Shown here: positions 1 through 12,409 of the stretch, piece after piece
Position numbering within the stretch: the stretch's first letter is position 1
Layout of the letters: every line of letters starts with the position of its first letter
Assembly: GCA_951406725.2 (NCBI GenBank)
Contig: OX597837.1
Coordinates: forward strand, 23,374,001 to 23,438,000
DNA from: Octopus vulgaris
Lineage: Eukaryota
Length of the DNA stretch: 64,000 nucleotides
Direction of reading: 5' to 3'
Made by a program: the position numbers and the translations under genes
Notes under the pieces: generated by a model
What the model was told of the DNA's origin: nothing
Databases searched by the model: none
What the model saw: only the letters and a program-made list of their open reading frames with translations

Positions 1-83
1 AGACTGGGTCTGGCGCAGCCTTCTGGCTTCCCGGACCCCAGTTGAACCGTCCAACCCATGCTAGCATGGAAAGCGGACGTTAA

Positions 84-117
<34 letters not shown>
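1..117 (+). mobile_element. 3' end of SINE-like family E ((GAT)n tail), truncated by window edge
   Basis: ccgtccaacccatgctagcatggaaagcggacgttaaa+(tga)n; the same end occurs at 6815-7080 and reversed at 2771 and 31598. Confidence 0.8.
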
Positions 118-118
<1 letters not shown>

Positions 119-235
119 ATTCATCCCAAATATTCTACCTGTTTTATGTTCAAACTGACCAGTTTCAGCCTCTCATTCCTACCCTACAAAGCCATTTAAA
201 AAGAGAACAACCACATTATGAAAATCTTCAAATTT

Positions 236-455
236 TCAAATTTTGGTACAGAGCAAGCAATTTTGAGAGGAGGGGAAGTCATTTATTACAGTGACCCATG
301 ACCCCACCAACACTTCACTGTTTATTTATTTTATCGGCATGGAAAAGATGAAAGGCAAAGCTGACCTTAACAGAATTTGAACACAGAATGTAATGATGGA
401 GAAAATGCTTCGTAGCATTCTGTCTGGCATGGTAATAGTCCTGCCATCTCACAGC
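236..455 (-). mobile_element. tRNA-derived SINE family B (Nin/Deu-domain-like centre), degenerate
   Basis: Contains gatgaaaggcaaagctgacc..gaatttgaacacagaatgt, the reverse complement of the family centre seen at 24979-25200. Confidence 0.7.
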
Positions 456-496
456 TTTCTTGAAATTATGAGATAACGCATGATTATTTCAAAACA

Positions 497-825
497 TTAC
501 GGAGATGTACTTACATAGCAAGTGACCAGATCTGAGATCGAGTACTGAAACGAAAACAATTGCAGTGTGGAAGATGTTTGTAAGTCATTTAAGAAACACA
601 CAAAAACCGTTCGATTCACTTCAACATTTAAATTTAATTTGTCAAAATATTTTCATCACTTTAAGACCGCGATCTGTTCACTGACAAAAATCCGTGGTCA
701 GTGAACAGGTCGCGGTCTTAAAGCGACGAAAATATTTTGACAAATTAAACTTAAATGTTGAAGTGAATCGAACGGTTTTTGTGTACTTCTTAAATGGCTT
801 ACAAACACCTTCCACGCTGCAATTG
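497..825. mobile_element. Fold-back insertion (132-bp inverted arms), probably inverted Penelope-like terminal repeats
   Basis: Arms 554-685 and 697-828 around an 11-nt loop; 10-bp direct repeat TTTCAAAACA at 487-496 and 826-835; HHR-like motif in the arms. Confidence 0.65.
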
Positions 826-1451
826 TTTCAAAACAATATGAATAAATAAGTATTGCCTTTGACAGAGTAAACTGAATGCTAAGCGGTTAATCAACAATGG
901 GTTAACTAATAGGGAAGCAAAGGGAGTGATTGCTCCATCTGAAGCACATTTTGAAAAATTGGTGCCTTTTCAACATTTTTTAAAACTCTTTAGATCACCT
1001 GTGAGATAAAATTTAAATTCCTCTTTTTCTCTTTTTGTTAATTGCATGGCCTTGGAAGAACTGGGTCATTAATTTATTTGACCAATCACCCATGTTTTAG
1101 AACTGTCAGCTCAATTATCTGTGATGTGTTGGTGGCTGCTAACATCTGAAGAACCAAAACAAACCCTGATATCATAACCTCTCAAAGCCAGACAATCCTA
1201 TCGAGTTTCATCTTTTTCACGTCACACCTATATCTGGAGTTGTAAACTTATTTCATGTCACTCCAATATCAATAGCTGTAAGTTTTGAACATAATAAAAT
1301 TCTTACTGAAATATGACATTACAGTGAGAAAATTTTCCATGACAAAATGCAGTAAATGGCTTGCCTACAGGTTTGAACGTTCCTCAAACATATTTGAACT
1401 GGTCATAAAGCTACAATCACATATATTGTAACTAATGAAATATTTTGTGTA

Positions 1452-2010
1452 GGCATAGGAGTGGCTGTGTGGTAAGTAGGTTGCTTACCAAACACATGGT
1501 TCCGGGTTCAGTCCCACTGCATGGCACCTTGGGCAAGTGTCTTCTACTATAACCTATTTCTTTACTACCCACAAGGGGCTAAACACAGAGAGGACAAACA
1601 AGGACAGACAAACGAGTTAACGTAGCGGCAGACGAAATACCGCTCAGCATTTCGCCCAGCGTGCTACCGATTCTGCCAGCTCGCCGTCTTCTACTATAAC
1701 CATGGGTCAACCAAAGCCTTGTGAGTGGATTTGGTAGATGGAAACTGAAAGAAGCCCGTCGTATATATGTATATATATATATATATTTATATGTATGTGT
1801 GTATATGTTTGTGTGTCTGTGTTTGTCCCCCCAACATCACTTGATCCCCGATGCTGGTGTGCTTACGTCCCCGTAACTTAGTGGTCCGGCAAAAGAGACT
1901 GATAGAATAAGTACTAGGCTTAGAAAGAATAAGTCCTGGGGTCGAGTTGCTTGACTAAAGGTGGTGCTCCAGCATGACTGCAGTCAAATGACTGAAACAA
2001 GTTAAAGAGA
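1452..2010 (+). mobile_element. tRNA-derived SINE family A (CORE-like centre, internal (TA)/(TG), (TAAAAGAG)n-type tail), interrupted
   Basis: A-box tggctgtgtgg, B-box-like gggttcagtcc, ggcaccttgggcaagtgtctt; many near-identical copies in the window. Confidence 0.85.
1555..1685 (-). mobile_element. Internally deleted SINE B nested in SINE A
   Basis: 16-bp TSD gtcttctactataacc at 1539-1554 and 1686-1701; head joined directly to the tail. Confidence 0.85.
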
Positions 2011-2770
2011 ATATAAAAAAATGAGTTAAAAATTGTTTCGTATGCAAAACAGTACCTTTTTTTTGTGTTTGCTCTCCCTAACTTTAGAACCTGGCAACAC
2101 CTGTTAAACAGCGAGCTTTTTCAACTTGAGTGGAAGAGAACAAACAAATCAGGGATGTTTGTGCATATATGTAACTCTGAGAGGAAAATAAATAGTAGAT
2201 TTTTAGTAGTTAACCCTTGAACAAAGAGAGAGTTATAGCAAAGGACATGAAGTATGCATAAGCAGTGGAATTATGGATAATCAGACAGGCATGATAGGAA
2301 AGGATAGAATCAGATAGAGAGAAATTCGAGAGGGAGGATAAGAAAGAGAAAGAAGACAAGGTGATAGGATGATGAAAGATGGAAGAGAGAGGGAGAGAGA
2401 CAGAGACAGAGACAGAGAAAAGAATGATGAAAAGAGTAAACAAGATGATTGCTGAGCGATATTAAAAAATATATTAATGTAGGTAAAAAAATAATCAGTG
2501 TGGCATAACAGAAATAGAAAGAAAATTAAGCAGAAAGCCACAGGTCAAGGAATAACACAAATATAAAGGCTGATAATTCTTCATCAACAATTGACTGAAG
2601 GTCATAGTGATTTTGACACATTGAACAAGATTACTCACTTCAATGTACTAGAAGATTTATAATAAATGCTACCAGAGAATGGTATAATGGAAACAGAATG
2701 ATATAAAAGGATTAGAGCAATGAGATACAACAGGTATACAAAAGGATGCATACACATACATATGTTTATA

Positions 2771-3261
2771 TCATCATCATCATCGTTTAACGTCTGCTTT
2801 CCATGCTAGCATGGGTTGGATGATTTGACTGAGGACTGGCAAACCAGATGGCTGCACCAGACTCCAATCTGATCTGGTAGAGTTTCTACAGCTGGATGCC
2901 CTTCCTAATGCCAACCACTCCGAGAGTGTAGTGGGTGCTTTTATGTGCCACCGGCATGAGGGCCAGTCAGGTGGTACTGGCAACGACCACGCTCAAATGG
3001 TGCTTTTTATGTACCACCTGCACAGGAGTCAGTCCAGCGGCACTGGCAACGACCTCGCTTGAATGTTTTTTCACGTGCCACCCACACAGGTAACAATCAC
3101 ACTCGAATGGTGTTTTTTATGTGCCACTGGCATGGAGGCCAGCTTGTTGCTCTGGCAATGAACTCACTCGTATGGTACTCTTAGTGCTCCACTAGCACGG
3201 ATGCCAGTCATCGAATTTGATTTCAATTTCAAATTCGATGACTGGCATCTGTGCTGGTGGA
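2771..3261 (-). mobile_element. SINE-like family E with internal ~65-bp tandem units and terminal hairpin
   Basis: (CAT)n, ctggatgcccttcctaatgccaaccac, then units starting at 2934, 2999, ~3063, 3109 and 3174. Confidence 0.8.
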
Positions 3262-3277
3262 TCCTTTCTACTGATGG

Positions 3278-3520
3278 AACATGGCCTAGTGGTTTGGCTG
3301 TTGCAATCACAATCACTAGATCATGGTTTCAATTCCCAGCCTGAATGGTATGTTGTATTCTTGAGCAAAACACTTCATTCCACATTGCTCCATTTCCCAT
3401 TTTGATCAGTGGGGAATGCTGGCCTGCTCACCTAACCAGTGGAATGATATAATTCAACGGCTTAAATGATGCAAAGTGTGCTATGACTAGCAACATCTTA
3501 TAGTCTGGTTGGTCACGTGA
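3278..3520 (+). mobile_element. Degenerate tRNA-derived SINE: F-like centre joined to C-type tail 2
   Basis: tggcctagtgg A-box; gttgtattcttgagcaaaacactt as at ~20670; 3' part resembles 37140-37250. Confidence 0.55.
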
Positions 3521-3780
3521 ATCCTATAGGCTCAAAACCTGAAACTTTGCTGGGGGTGGGGGCTAGTTGATTACATCAAACAACAGGGCTCAACTGGTAT
3601 AACAACATTAAAAGGATTAAAAGCAAAGCTGACATCAATGTAATTTGAACTCAGATACATGTATGTATATCATCCCCATCAGTTTAACTTCTGCTTTTTC
3701 ATGCTTAGATGGGATCTTTACAAATAAAGTTTCATCTGACTCATGCAATATAAAGATTAGAATAAGGATGACAGTGGTGA

Positions 3781-3781
3781 C

Positions 3782-3829
<48 letters not shown>

Positions 3830-3836
3830 GGTGGTA

Positions 3837-3904
<68 letters not shown>

Positions 3905-3920
3905 GGTGGTGGTGGTGATG
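3781..3920. repeat. (GAT)n/(GGT)n compound microsatellite
   Basis: Seen directly; explains the poly-M/V/H ORFs. Confidence 0.95.
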
Positions 3921-4220
3921 ACATATGTATAAGTGGGAGTATTTCCTCATCATCATCATCAGCATAAGCAACAGCATCACTTTACTTTCACTGTGGCCCT
4001 TTCATTTTACGTGCAAATACAGCAACAGAGAAAACTGGCCCCCTTTATTTCTTGCATCACAAATAATCAGGGTCTGCAGTATAATTTTTAGTGCTGGATA
4101 CACTTCACGTCCCCAACCAAGTTTACAGAATACGCCAGATACATTTCATCATGCCATTATTCAAGATTCATTGCATGTAGCAACTTTCATGAGTTTTATC
4201 TAGCCTGTATTAGAGTAACA

Positions 4221-4688
4221 TTGAAGCCATGCTACTGAAGTCCCACCTCCGATGGGCAGGGCATGTCTCCAGAATGGAGAACCATCGCTTTCCCAAGATT
4301 GCCCTGTTTAGCGAACTCTCTACTGGCCACTGTGTGAGAGGAGCTCCAAGGAAGTGCTACAAAGACTGCCTCGAGAAGTCTCTAACAGCATGTCATATTA
4401 ACCACCAATGCTGGTCAGACCTGGCTGCGGACCGTGATGTCTGGTGCCACACTATCTTCAACACAGTCAGCAAGTTTGAGGAATAAAGAAGAGATGCGCT
4501 TAAAGACAAGAGACGCAGGAGGGAGGCATGAGCTGCCTCTGACACCACACTGGATGTTACCTTCATCTGTGGGCACTGCTCACGGACCTGCCTTTCCTAT
4601 ATCAGACTTGTCAGTCATGAGCGTGCATGCACGCGACATGGACAGCCTTCTTGATTTTCGTTTGCAAAGCTGAGCCATGATGATGATG
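4221..4688 (+). mobile_element. 5'-truncated RTE-clade LINE (ORF C-terminus with terminal Cys/His motif)
   Basis: LRWAGHVSRMENHRFPKIALFSEL..GAPRKCYKD..LAADRDVW..CGHCSRTC..SHERAC; (GAT)n tail; 9-bp TSD AGAGTAACA at 4212-4220 and 4689-4697; internal stops. Confidence 0.9.
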
Positions 4689-5179
4689 AGAGTAACAACT
4701 TTCTTAGATGGGTTGGTTGATCTCAGAGACTACATCTTCTCCATCATTCAACCTTTCCTCCTTCTTTTGTATGGATTTTACTTGGAGGAACTTTGTGTAT
4801 AAATACGTTGCTCTCATGTGTTTATTTCCTCCCTGCCTGAGGTTACCGTGGTCATTTCTGTAGGCTTTTCTTTCCACGGATGAACCTAATCTTGTTTCTT
4901 ACTTTAAAAAAAAAAATTCTTTCTGTGATACACAATCCATGATAAATGGTGGTGCCCCAGCATGGCCACAGCTCATGAGCTGAAACTAGAATCAATCAAT
5001 CAATCAATCCCTTTTGATCGCCTTTTTTTTTTTCCTGATCCCTTTTGATCATAATTTTACATTTGTCTCCATTTTTTTTCCTTTTTCTTTTCCATCTTTG
5101 TAAAGAAAAGCTCTACATTTGTATTTGTCCCCTCTGTGTTCAGCCCTGTGCAGCCAATAAAGAGAGTTATCTATCTATC

Positions 5180-5181
5180 AT

Positions 5182-5242
<61 letters not shown>

Positions 5243-5496
5243 AGTTATGTATATATGCATATATGTATATGTTTGTGATTGGATATTCATATGTAACATC
5301 AACAACAACAACAACAATATTTTGATTAAGGATTAAAAATAACAAACAAACAAAAAAACTTTCTTTTGATTCAATTTTCGAAGTCTAGAAATCAAAAATT
5401 AGATGATTGAATAATATATAAGTATATACATGTATATACATATATACATATATGTGTGCATGCATGCATATGTGTGTGTGTGTGTATGTACATATA

Positions 5497-5540
<44 letters not shown>

Positions 5541-5787
5541 ATATATATACATATTTATATATGTATACATGTATATGTATTGGCATGTGTGTATATACAC
5601 ATATATATATATATATGTATGTATGTATGTATACACACACATACACAAATATATCTATATTGTCGCTTGGAGGCAGAATTCATTACTATTATTAAAAAAA
5701 ATCATTTTTTTCTCTTTTTTGTTTTTACAACTTTTCTTTGGTGCAGCAAATATTCAATGTCAATAACATTTATATAAGTTTTGCAAC

Positions 5788-5867
<80 letters not shown>

Positions 5868-5892
5868 TAACAATAATAATAATAACAATAAC

Positions 5893-5948
<56 letters not shown>

Positions 5949-6276
5949 TAATAACGATAATGATAATGTTGGCTTACCGTAAATAGTCAGTGCTTAGATT
6001 TAATGGTTTTAATAAGAATTTTTTTTTTCAGATAATCGACAATGTGTTCAATATTATAGAATTTAAAAAGAAATCAAAGCTAATCAAATATGCCGTCAGT
6101 CCAAATACACACTCACACACTCATACACACAAGCACACACACACACATACACAGAGACTGACACACATACACACATATACACAAACACAGATATATAAAG
6201 AAAGAAACAAGTTTATTAGAAGTATCATTACACATATATATATAAAGAGATATAAATAGAAAGATAGATAGATGGC

Positions 6277-6321
<45 letters not shown>

Positions 6322-6400
6322 ATAATATACATACATACATACATACACACACATAATATACAATATACATAAATATGTGTGTGTGTATATATACATAGTG
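5180..6400. repeat. Cluster of (TC)/(TA)/(TG)/(AAT)/(CA) microsatellites
   Basis: Seen directly; (AAT)n at 5791-5945. Confidence 0.9.
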
Positions 6401-6620
6401 AGTGGGTGAGAGCAAAATTAGCTGAGTATAGATAAAACATAATATTGGTCAAATGAATGTGAATTTAAGTTTCAACTTCCTCATTCAGGACCGAGCCTAC
6501 GGCAATGTAAATGGCTATAAGAGCAATCAAAATTGAACTGTTATGGAGGAAGTAAGTTAGAGAAACACTATTAGGCTAGAGACATATATATTTACATGGA
6601 GCACAAAATATAGATTATAA

Positions 6621-6656
<36 letters not shown>

Positions 6657-6662
6657 ATATAT

Positions 6663-6810
6663 ATCACCGTGATCACCGTGACCGACCAGGCTATCAGATG
6701 TTGACACATCGCTGGTCACAATGCGCTTCGCATTGTTTTAGCCTTCAAATGACGCCACCCCGCTGGCTAAGTGAGCAGGCCAAGAGAAGAAAGAGTGGGA
6801 GAAAGAGTGG
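6663..6810 (-). mobile_element. SINE C, tail-2 fragment
   Basis: Near copy of 7083-7230. Confidence 0.8.
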
Positions 6811-6814
6811 TGAC

Positions 6815-7080
6815 ACCGCCTCGACTGGCTTCTGTGCCGGTGGCACATAAAAAGCACCAACCGATCGTGGCCGATGCCAGACCCCTCTGGCACCTGTGCA
6901 GGTGGCATGTAAAAAGCACCCACTTCACTCGCGGAGTGGTTGGTGTTAGGAAGGGCATCCAGCTGTAGAAACACTGCCAGATCAGACTGGAGCCTGGAGC
7001 AGCCCCTGGCTCCCCAGACCCTGGTCGAACCGTCCAACCTGTGCTAGCGCGGAAAACGGACGTTAAATGATGATGATGAT
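6815..7080 (+). mobile_element. SINE-like family E
   Basis: Two ggtggcac/atgtaaaaagcacc units, gttaggaagggcatccagctgtagaaa, (GAT)n tail. Confidence 0.8.
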
Positions 7081-7082
7081 AT

Positions 7083-7394
7083 ATCACCGTGATCACTGTG
7101 ACCGACCAGACCATCAAATGTTGTTACACATCGCTGGTCACAATGCGCTTCGCATTGTTTTAGCCTTCAAATGATGCCACCCCACTGGCTAAGTGAGCAG
7201 GCCAACAGAAGAAAGAGTGAGAGAAAGTTGTGGCGAAAGAGTACAGCAGGGATCGCTACCACCCCCTACCAGAGCCTTGTGGAGCTTTTAGGTGTCTTCG
7301 CTCTCTAAACACTCACAATGCCCAGTCTGGGAATCGAAACCGTGATCCTACAACCACGAGTCTGCTGCCCTAACCACTGAGCCTTTGTGCCTCC
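7083..7394 (-). mobile_element. tRNA-derived SINE C (tail 2)
   Basis: Reverse complement of the 36952-37260 family; A and B boxes in the head. Confidence 0.85.
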
Positions 7395-7416
7395 ATATAT
7401 ATATATATATATATAT

Positions 7417-7620
7417 GTGACCTCGTGTGTACCGTTGCCGATTTTTTTCCTCTGTCTTCCCTTCTCTGGATCTTTCCTTCTCCTATGTTTCCAACGAAGA
7501 GCTCCGCTCGAAACGTTAAACCCTCCTTCTTTCCTTCTTTCCTGAGCGTCCAATAATACTATATTTGTTCCACGTCCTCGCATTGTTGTGTTTTTTTGTG
7601 TTTTCTTGTTTGGATTAACT
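7417..7620 (+). mobile_element. (TA)n-flanked Penelope-like terminal fragment with minimal HHR-like motif
   Basis: gttt-CCAACGA-A-GAGC tcc GCTC-GAAA-CG-TT-aaac at 7487-7521; homologous to 57665-57861. Confidence 0.6.
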
Positions 7621-8058
7621 ATATATATATATATATATAATGCAAAATCATCATGTAATGTCTTATCTTGGAATCTGTTTCAAGAGGCCAAACTTACATA
7701 ATAACCATACTCAAAGGAGCATGAAATTATAGGTGACAAGTCCAGAAGTAAATTAGGCCTCTCTTAACAATTTCTTCTGGATTGGTAACTGGTCACACAC
7801 TTACGACATCATGTACATAAAACCTATGAATATGGTTATTACATAAGTTTTGCCTCTTGAAACAGCTGCTGAGATAAGCCATTATATAAAATTTTTCCAA
7901 TACATATTTTCTCTTTATTTCATAAGCTTCCATAAAAAATATATCTCTGAAGCCTAACTGTTTTTATCAACCTTACTACCTCTCCCCTCTCTCTCTCTCC
8001 CTCTCTCTTTCTCTCTCTCCCTCTCTTTCTCTCTCTCAATATATATATATATATATAT

Positions 8059-8190
8059 AGGGGTGAATTCACAAAAAAAAAAGACGAAGACAGGTGGTGT
8101 AGACAACAAACAGATGTATTAGTTTAACACTCAGGAAGTGAACAAGTCTTTAACGTTTCGAGCCTATGCCTTTCCACAGAAAGGAACACA
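8059..8190 (-). mobile_element. (TA)n-flanked Penelope-like terminal fragment
   Basis: Reverse complement of the 12947-13134 family: ctttctgtggaaaggcataggctcgaaacgttaaag. Confidence 0.6.
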
Positions 8191-8201
8191 GGGGACACCT
8201 A

Positions 8202-8246
<45 letters not shown>

Positions 8247-8254
8247 CATACATT

Positions 8255-9252
8255 AATTAGGTGTCCCCTATTCCAGGTTAAAAAATTTTTTTCTGACTGC
8301 ACCATTGTCTTGTGTTGTGCTAGTGGATGAAAAAATGGGTATACAAAGTGACAGCGCTCTAAAACCATCATTTTTGTGATTATACAAGCTTCCTGAAGTT
8401 GAGAAAAAAATGCATTTTTTGGTAATTTTCATCATGCTTGTGTAGTATCAAATCGAAAGGGATCTATTTAACGTTTGTTTCGTAAGTCTCATGTCAACCT
8501 AAATTATGCTATAAAATTATGGTGTTAGTGTAAAAATCATTTCTAATGACTTTTAATAACAAGCACTAAGTTACACAGTTGACTAAAATCTTAAAATCTT
8601 ATAATCACATCTACTAGATGTTGAACAACCATGAATAGGAGAGAACAAGGGAACCCTCTGCATGAACACAAGGATAAGGAGCCTGAACTGCAGTCTTCTG
8701 AGTGGTTTGGAATGACAGTTAAGTGTATTTCAAATATTTCAGCAGGGTTTCCGATGCTTAAGTGCTGAGTGAAGAATGAACATTTAGCTATAAAATTTCC
8801 TTTTAAAAATCAGCTGAATAGGTATGTACTGAAGATTCTTTCTTGTAGTTCAACTTGTATTATATATCTGAAAAGTGTATTCAAAGATGTATCATGGAAA
8901 GTAGTTGATTTATTATTAAAAAGATTTTGTCAACCATGTTACATTGTGCTTGTCATAAAATCATAAAAGATAAATTATGCATTTGCACCATAATTTTCTA
9001 GCATAATTTGAATCCACATGGGACTTATGAAATAAATATTAAACAGATAACTTTTAGCTTGACACTGCACAAGCACAATAAGAATGGCCTGTTTTGACCA
9101 AAAACAACTGCATAATTTCAACTCGTGTAGTCAGAAAAAGGGTTTTAAAGCCCAGTCACTTTGTATATCTCTTTTTTTCTTTCGCTGGCATCACACAAGA
9201 CAATGGATCAGTCGGAAACAAAATTTTGATCATGAAAACAGGACACTTTAAT
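8255..9252. mobile_element. Non-autonomous DNA transposon with long imperfect TIRs (~110 bp)
   Basis: Left ccattgtcttgtgttgtgctagtgg..tatacaaagtgac..taaaacc matches the reverse complement of 9140-9252; no recognisable transposase. Confidence 0.65.
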
Positions 9253-9441
9253 ATACACACACACATACATACATACATACACACATACATACATACATAC
9301 ATACATACATACACACATACATATATGCATACATACATACTTACATGCATACATACATACATACATACATACATACATACATACATACATACGTGCATAC
9401 ATACATACATACATACATACATACATACATACATACATACA

Positions 9442-9470
<29 letters not shown>
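9253..9470. repeat. (ATAC)n microsatellite
   Basis: Seen directly. Confidence 0.95.
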
Positions 9471-9475
<5 letters not shown>

Positions 9476-9716
9476 GTGTACTGTTCTGTGAAGGTAAGAT
9501 TGACAAAAAAGTTCTCCATCTGGTGAGAAATAAACATTGTTTAAAGTACACAGTATATATTGTTTTGAGCTACTAAGAGTTTCATGCAATGAAAATGACA
9601 TGAACAGAGTTTTAATGATATGTCTGGTACCTTCATGCAATCTTCAGGCTTTGCTCAAATGGCCTATAAAAGCTAAAACAGGACAATACACACACACACA
9701 CACACACATATATATA

Positions 9717-10625
9717 TTGGGTCATTCCATAAATAATGCAGTTTTTTTATACTTCTTTTATTTTTCAGAATTAAGATAAACAAGTTCTTTTTAATCAAAA
9801 ATATACTCTCCTTCATTTTCTACAATGCTCTTCCATCTATCTGGTGCACTTGCAAGGCCCTTCTTCCAAAATTCACTTGTCTATGACGAAAAATACTCTT
9901 CGAATACTGTTCTGACTTCGTCTACACAATTCATATGTTTTCAATCCAAATGATTTTGAAGACTGCAGAATAAATGATAATCAGATGGGACAATGTCCAG
10001 TGAATATAGTGGGTGGGGCATTGTTTCTCATTCAAACTGCTCCAGCCTTTGGAATGCCATCCTCGATGTATGTGGCTGAGCATTATCCTGATCAAAGAAC
10101 ACCTTTTGTCTTGAAACCAAAGATGGTCATTTTTCTTCTAGTGCAGACTTGAATGACCAAATCCAAGCCTCTCTGCTAGTTCCTTAACAGTTACAATGGG
10201 ATTTTGTTTCACCAGGGTTTGCAGGTTGTCCTCATTGAGCTCTATAGATCTTCAAGGATGAGGCTTGTTTTCTAGGGTGTAGTTTCCAGCTTGGAATTTC
10301 TGGAACCACCGTTTACACTGTCTTATGCCTATTGTTCAACCCCCATATATTGCCTTAATATTCCCCACCCTTACTGTTATGTTGTTGCCTTTATTGAACT
10401 CATAAACCAAAATGTGCTGAATATGTTCCTTGGTCACTTCCATTATAGTTTTGTAAAAATAACCATTAAAATCAAACTGCACTCTTTAAAACTTGCACAA
10501 AGAATAAGGACATGTTAAAATTACTACTTGCTTTTATAGCAAGTTGATGTAGGTAATTTATCCTGTCCCCCTCCAATTTTTACTTCATGCAATTGAAAAA
10601 CCACTTTATTCAGGGGATCACCTAA
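9717..10625 (-). mobile_element. Decayed mariner transposon
   Basis: Minus strand reads PHPLYSLDIVPSDYHLFCSLQNHL..EFWKKGL..DRWKSIVENEGEY (mariner YSPDLAPSD motif); imperfect TIRs ttgggtcattcc../..ggatcacctaa with TA flanks. Confidence 0.85.
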
Positions 10626-10682
10626 TACTCTGGTATTTGAGTACTCTTTTTTTCCACCTTGTTTCACATTTATGTGCTTACT

Positions 10683-10841
<159 letters not shown>

Positions 10842-10843
10842 TT

Positions 10844-11720
10844 CAAGGTGCAATGGGTAAATTTTCCCATTTTATATTTTTAATTTCATCCATGCTGCAT
10901 TGATTGTTTTCGATTTTGTTGACTACACAGTATAGTAGGGTCAGTTGAAAACTGTCTGAGAAAAACAGCACCATGACACAATTCACTCTGCCAGAAATTT
11001 GGAAACAACATGCTGTACTGCTTGGTATTTGTGGTGGAAGCACCAATATAAGCACTTCAGAGTGTTTGGGTGTTAATCTGAGGACAGTGTAATCTGAGGA
11101 CATGTACCAAGAGTGATAAAAATCAAATATCCAGTCAACATCATGGTGTTTGAAGTGATCACTAGTAATGGTAATGTTATACCTCTATTCATCTTCCCAC
11201 ACGGTATCAGACTCAACACAGAGGCCTACATCAAGTGCCTGGAGGAGGTAGAGCTGCCCTGGGTCAAAAGAGTGGCTGCTGGAAGATCCTATGTCTGGCA
11301 ACAGGACTCTGCACCATGCCACACAAGCAGGAGAACCCAGTCATGGCTGTCAGACAATATCTATAACCACATCACCCCTAACATCTGACCACCTAACTCC
11401 TCAGACTGCAACCCTCTTGATTATGTGTGGGGCACAGTTAAGCAAGAGACCAACAAAACACCTTTTAAGACCAAAGCTGAACTGAAGGCAAGGATTATGG
11501 CAGCATGCACCAACTTAAACAAGGAGACTATCCAGAAGAGTTGTAGGAGATTCCAAAGTAGTCAATGGTTGAAGTTAATGGCAATTTTATTGAATAAATT
11601 TACTTTTTAGTATTTCAAGATATTTTTATGCAATTGTGGTAAACATATCTGTTAAAATGAGATGTCAGTGTTATTTTCATTTTTGCATAATTTAGACGAC
11701 AGTTTATTCAATACACCCTG
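10844..11720 (+). mobile_element. Internally deleted DD37D (maT-type) transposon
   Basis: YVWQQDSAPCHTS..*PPNSSDCNPLDY: 37 residues between the two Asp; right end caccctg|TA. Confidence 0.85.
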
Positions 11721-12190
11721 TATGCGTGTGTGTGTGTATGTGTGTGTGTGTGTGTGAGTGTATATGTGTGTGTATGTATGCATGTGTATATATATGTATA
11801 TGTATATACATATATATGTGTTTCTGTGTGTGTGTGTGTGTGTATGTGCATGTGTTTGTGTGTGCATAGATACATATATATAAATACATATACATACACG
11901 ACAGGTTTCTTTCAGTTTCTGCCTACCAAATCCACTCCCAGCACTTTGGCTGGCTTGGGTCTCTCATAGAATGCACTTGTCCAAGATGCCACACAGTGGG
12001 ACTGAACCAGGAACTAATGTGGTTTGGAAGTAAACATCTTACCTCATAGACCTGCCTGCACCTATGACACCAAAGATAAATAATTTTTCTCTTTGTCTTT
12101 TCTTAGATTATCTCTTGGAGAAACAAATGTCGTTTGACTTTTAAAAAAATTGTCATCGCGTTTCCATTTCTGTTCACTCATTTAATATTG

Positions 12191-12409
12191 CCTTCAAGCT
12201 TTGGCACAAGGCCAGGAATTTTGGGGGGAGGATGCTAGTCGATTACATCAACCCTAGTGTTCAACTGGTACTTAATTTATCAAGCTCTGAAAAGACAAAA
12301 GGCAAAGTCAACTTTGGCGGAATTTGAACCCAGAATGTGCAGACAGACGAAATACTGCTACACATTTTGCCTGAAGTGCTGACGATTTTGCCAGCTCGCC
12401 ACCTTTCAT
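12191..12409 (-). mobile_element. SINE B (tail 2) with TSD
   Basis: Head ggtggcgagctggcaaaatcg; 13-bp TSD tcatttaatattg at 12178-12190 and 12410-12422. Confidence 0.85.

Larger units (their letters stand above)
118..890. mobile_element. Fragmented TTAA-ended MITE-like repeat split by two later insertions
   Basis: Pieces 118-230, ~460-496 and 826-890 join into a sequence resembling 45010-45178; ends tgaatgctaagcggTTAA; reverse-complement terminus ttaaccctttaacattcagattactctgtc at ~37829. Confidence 0.5.

Noticed and set aside
2934-3200. CRISPR-like repeat-spacer pattern
   Set aside because: The spacers are homologous to each other, the repeats are degenerate, the array lies inside a eukaryotic retroposon, and there are no cas genes.
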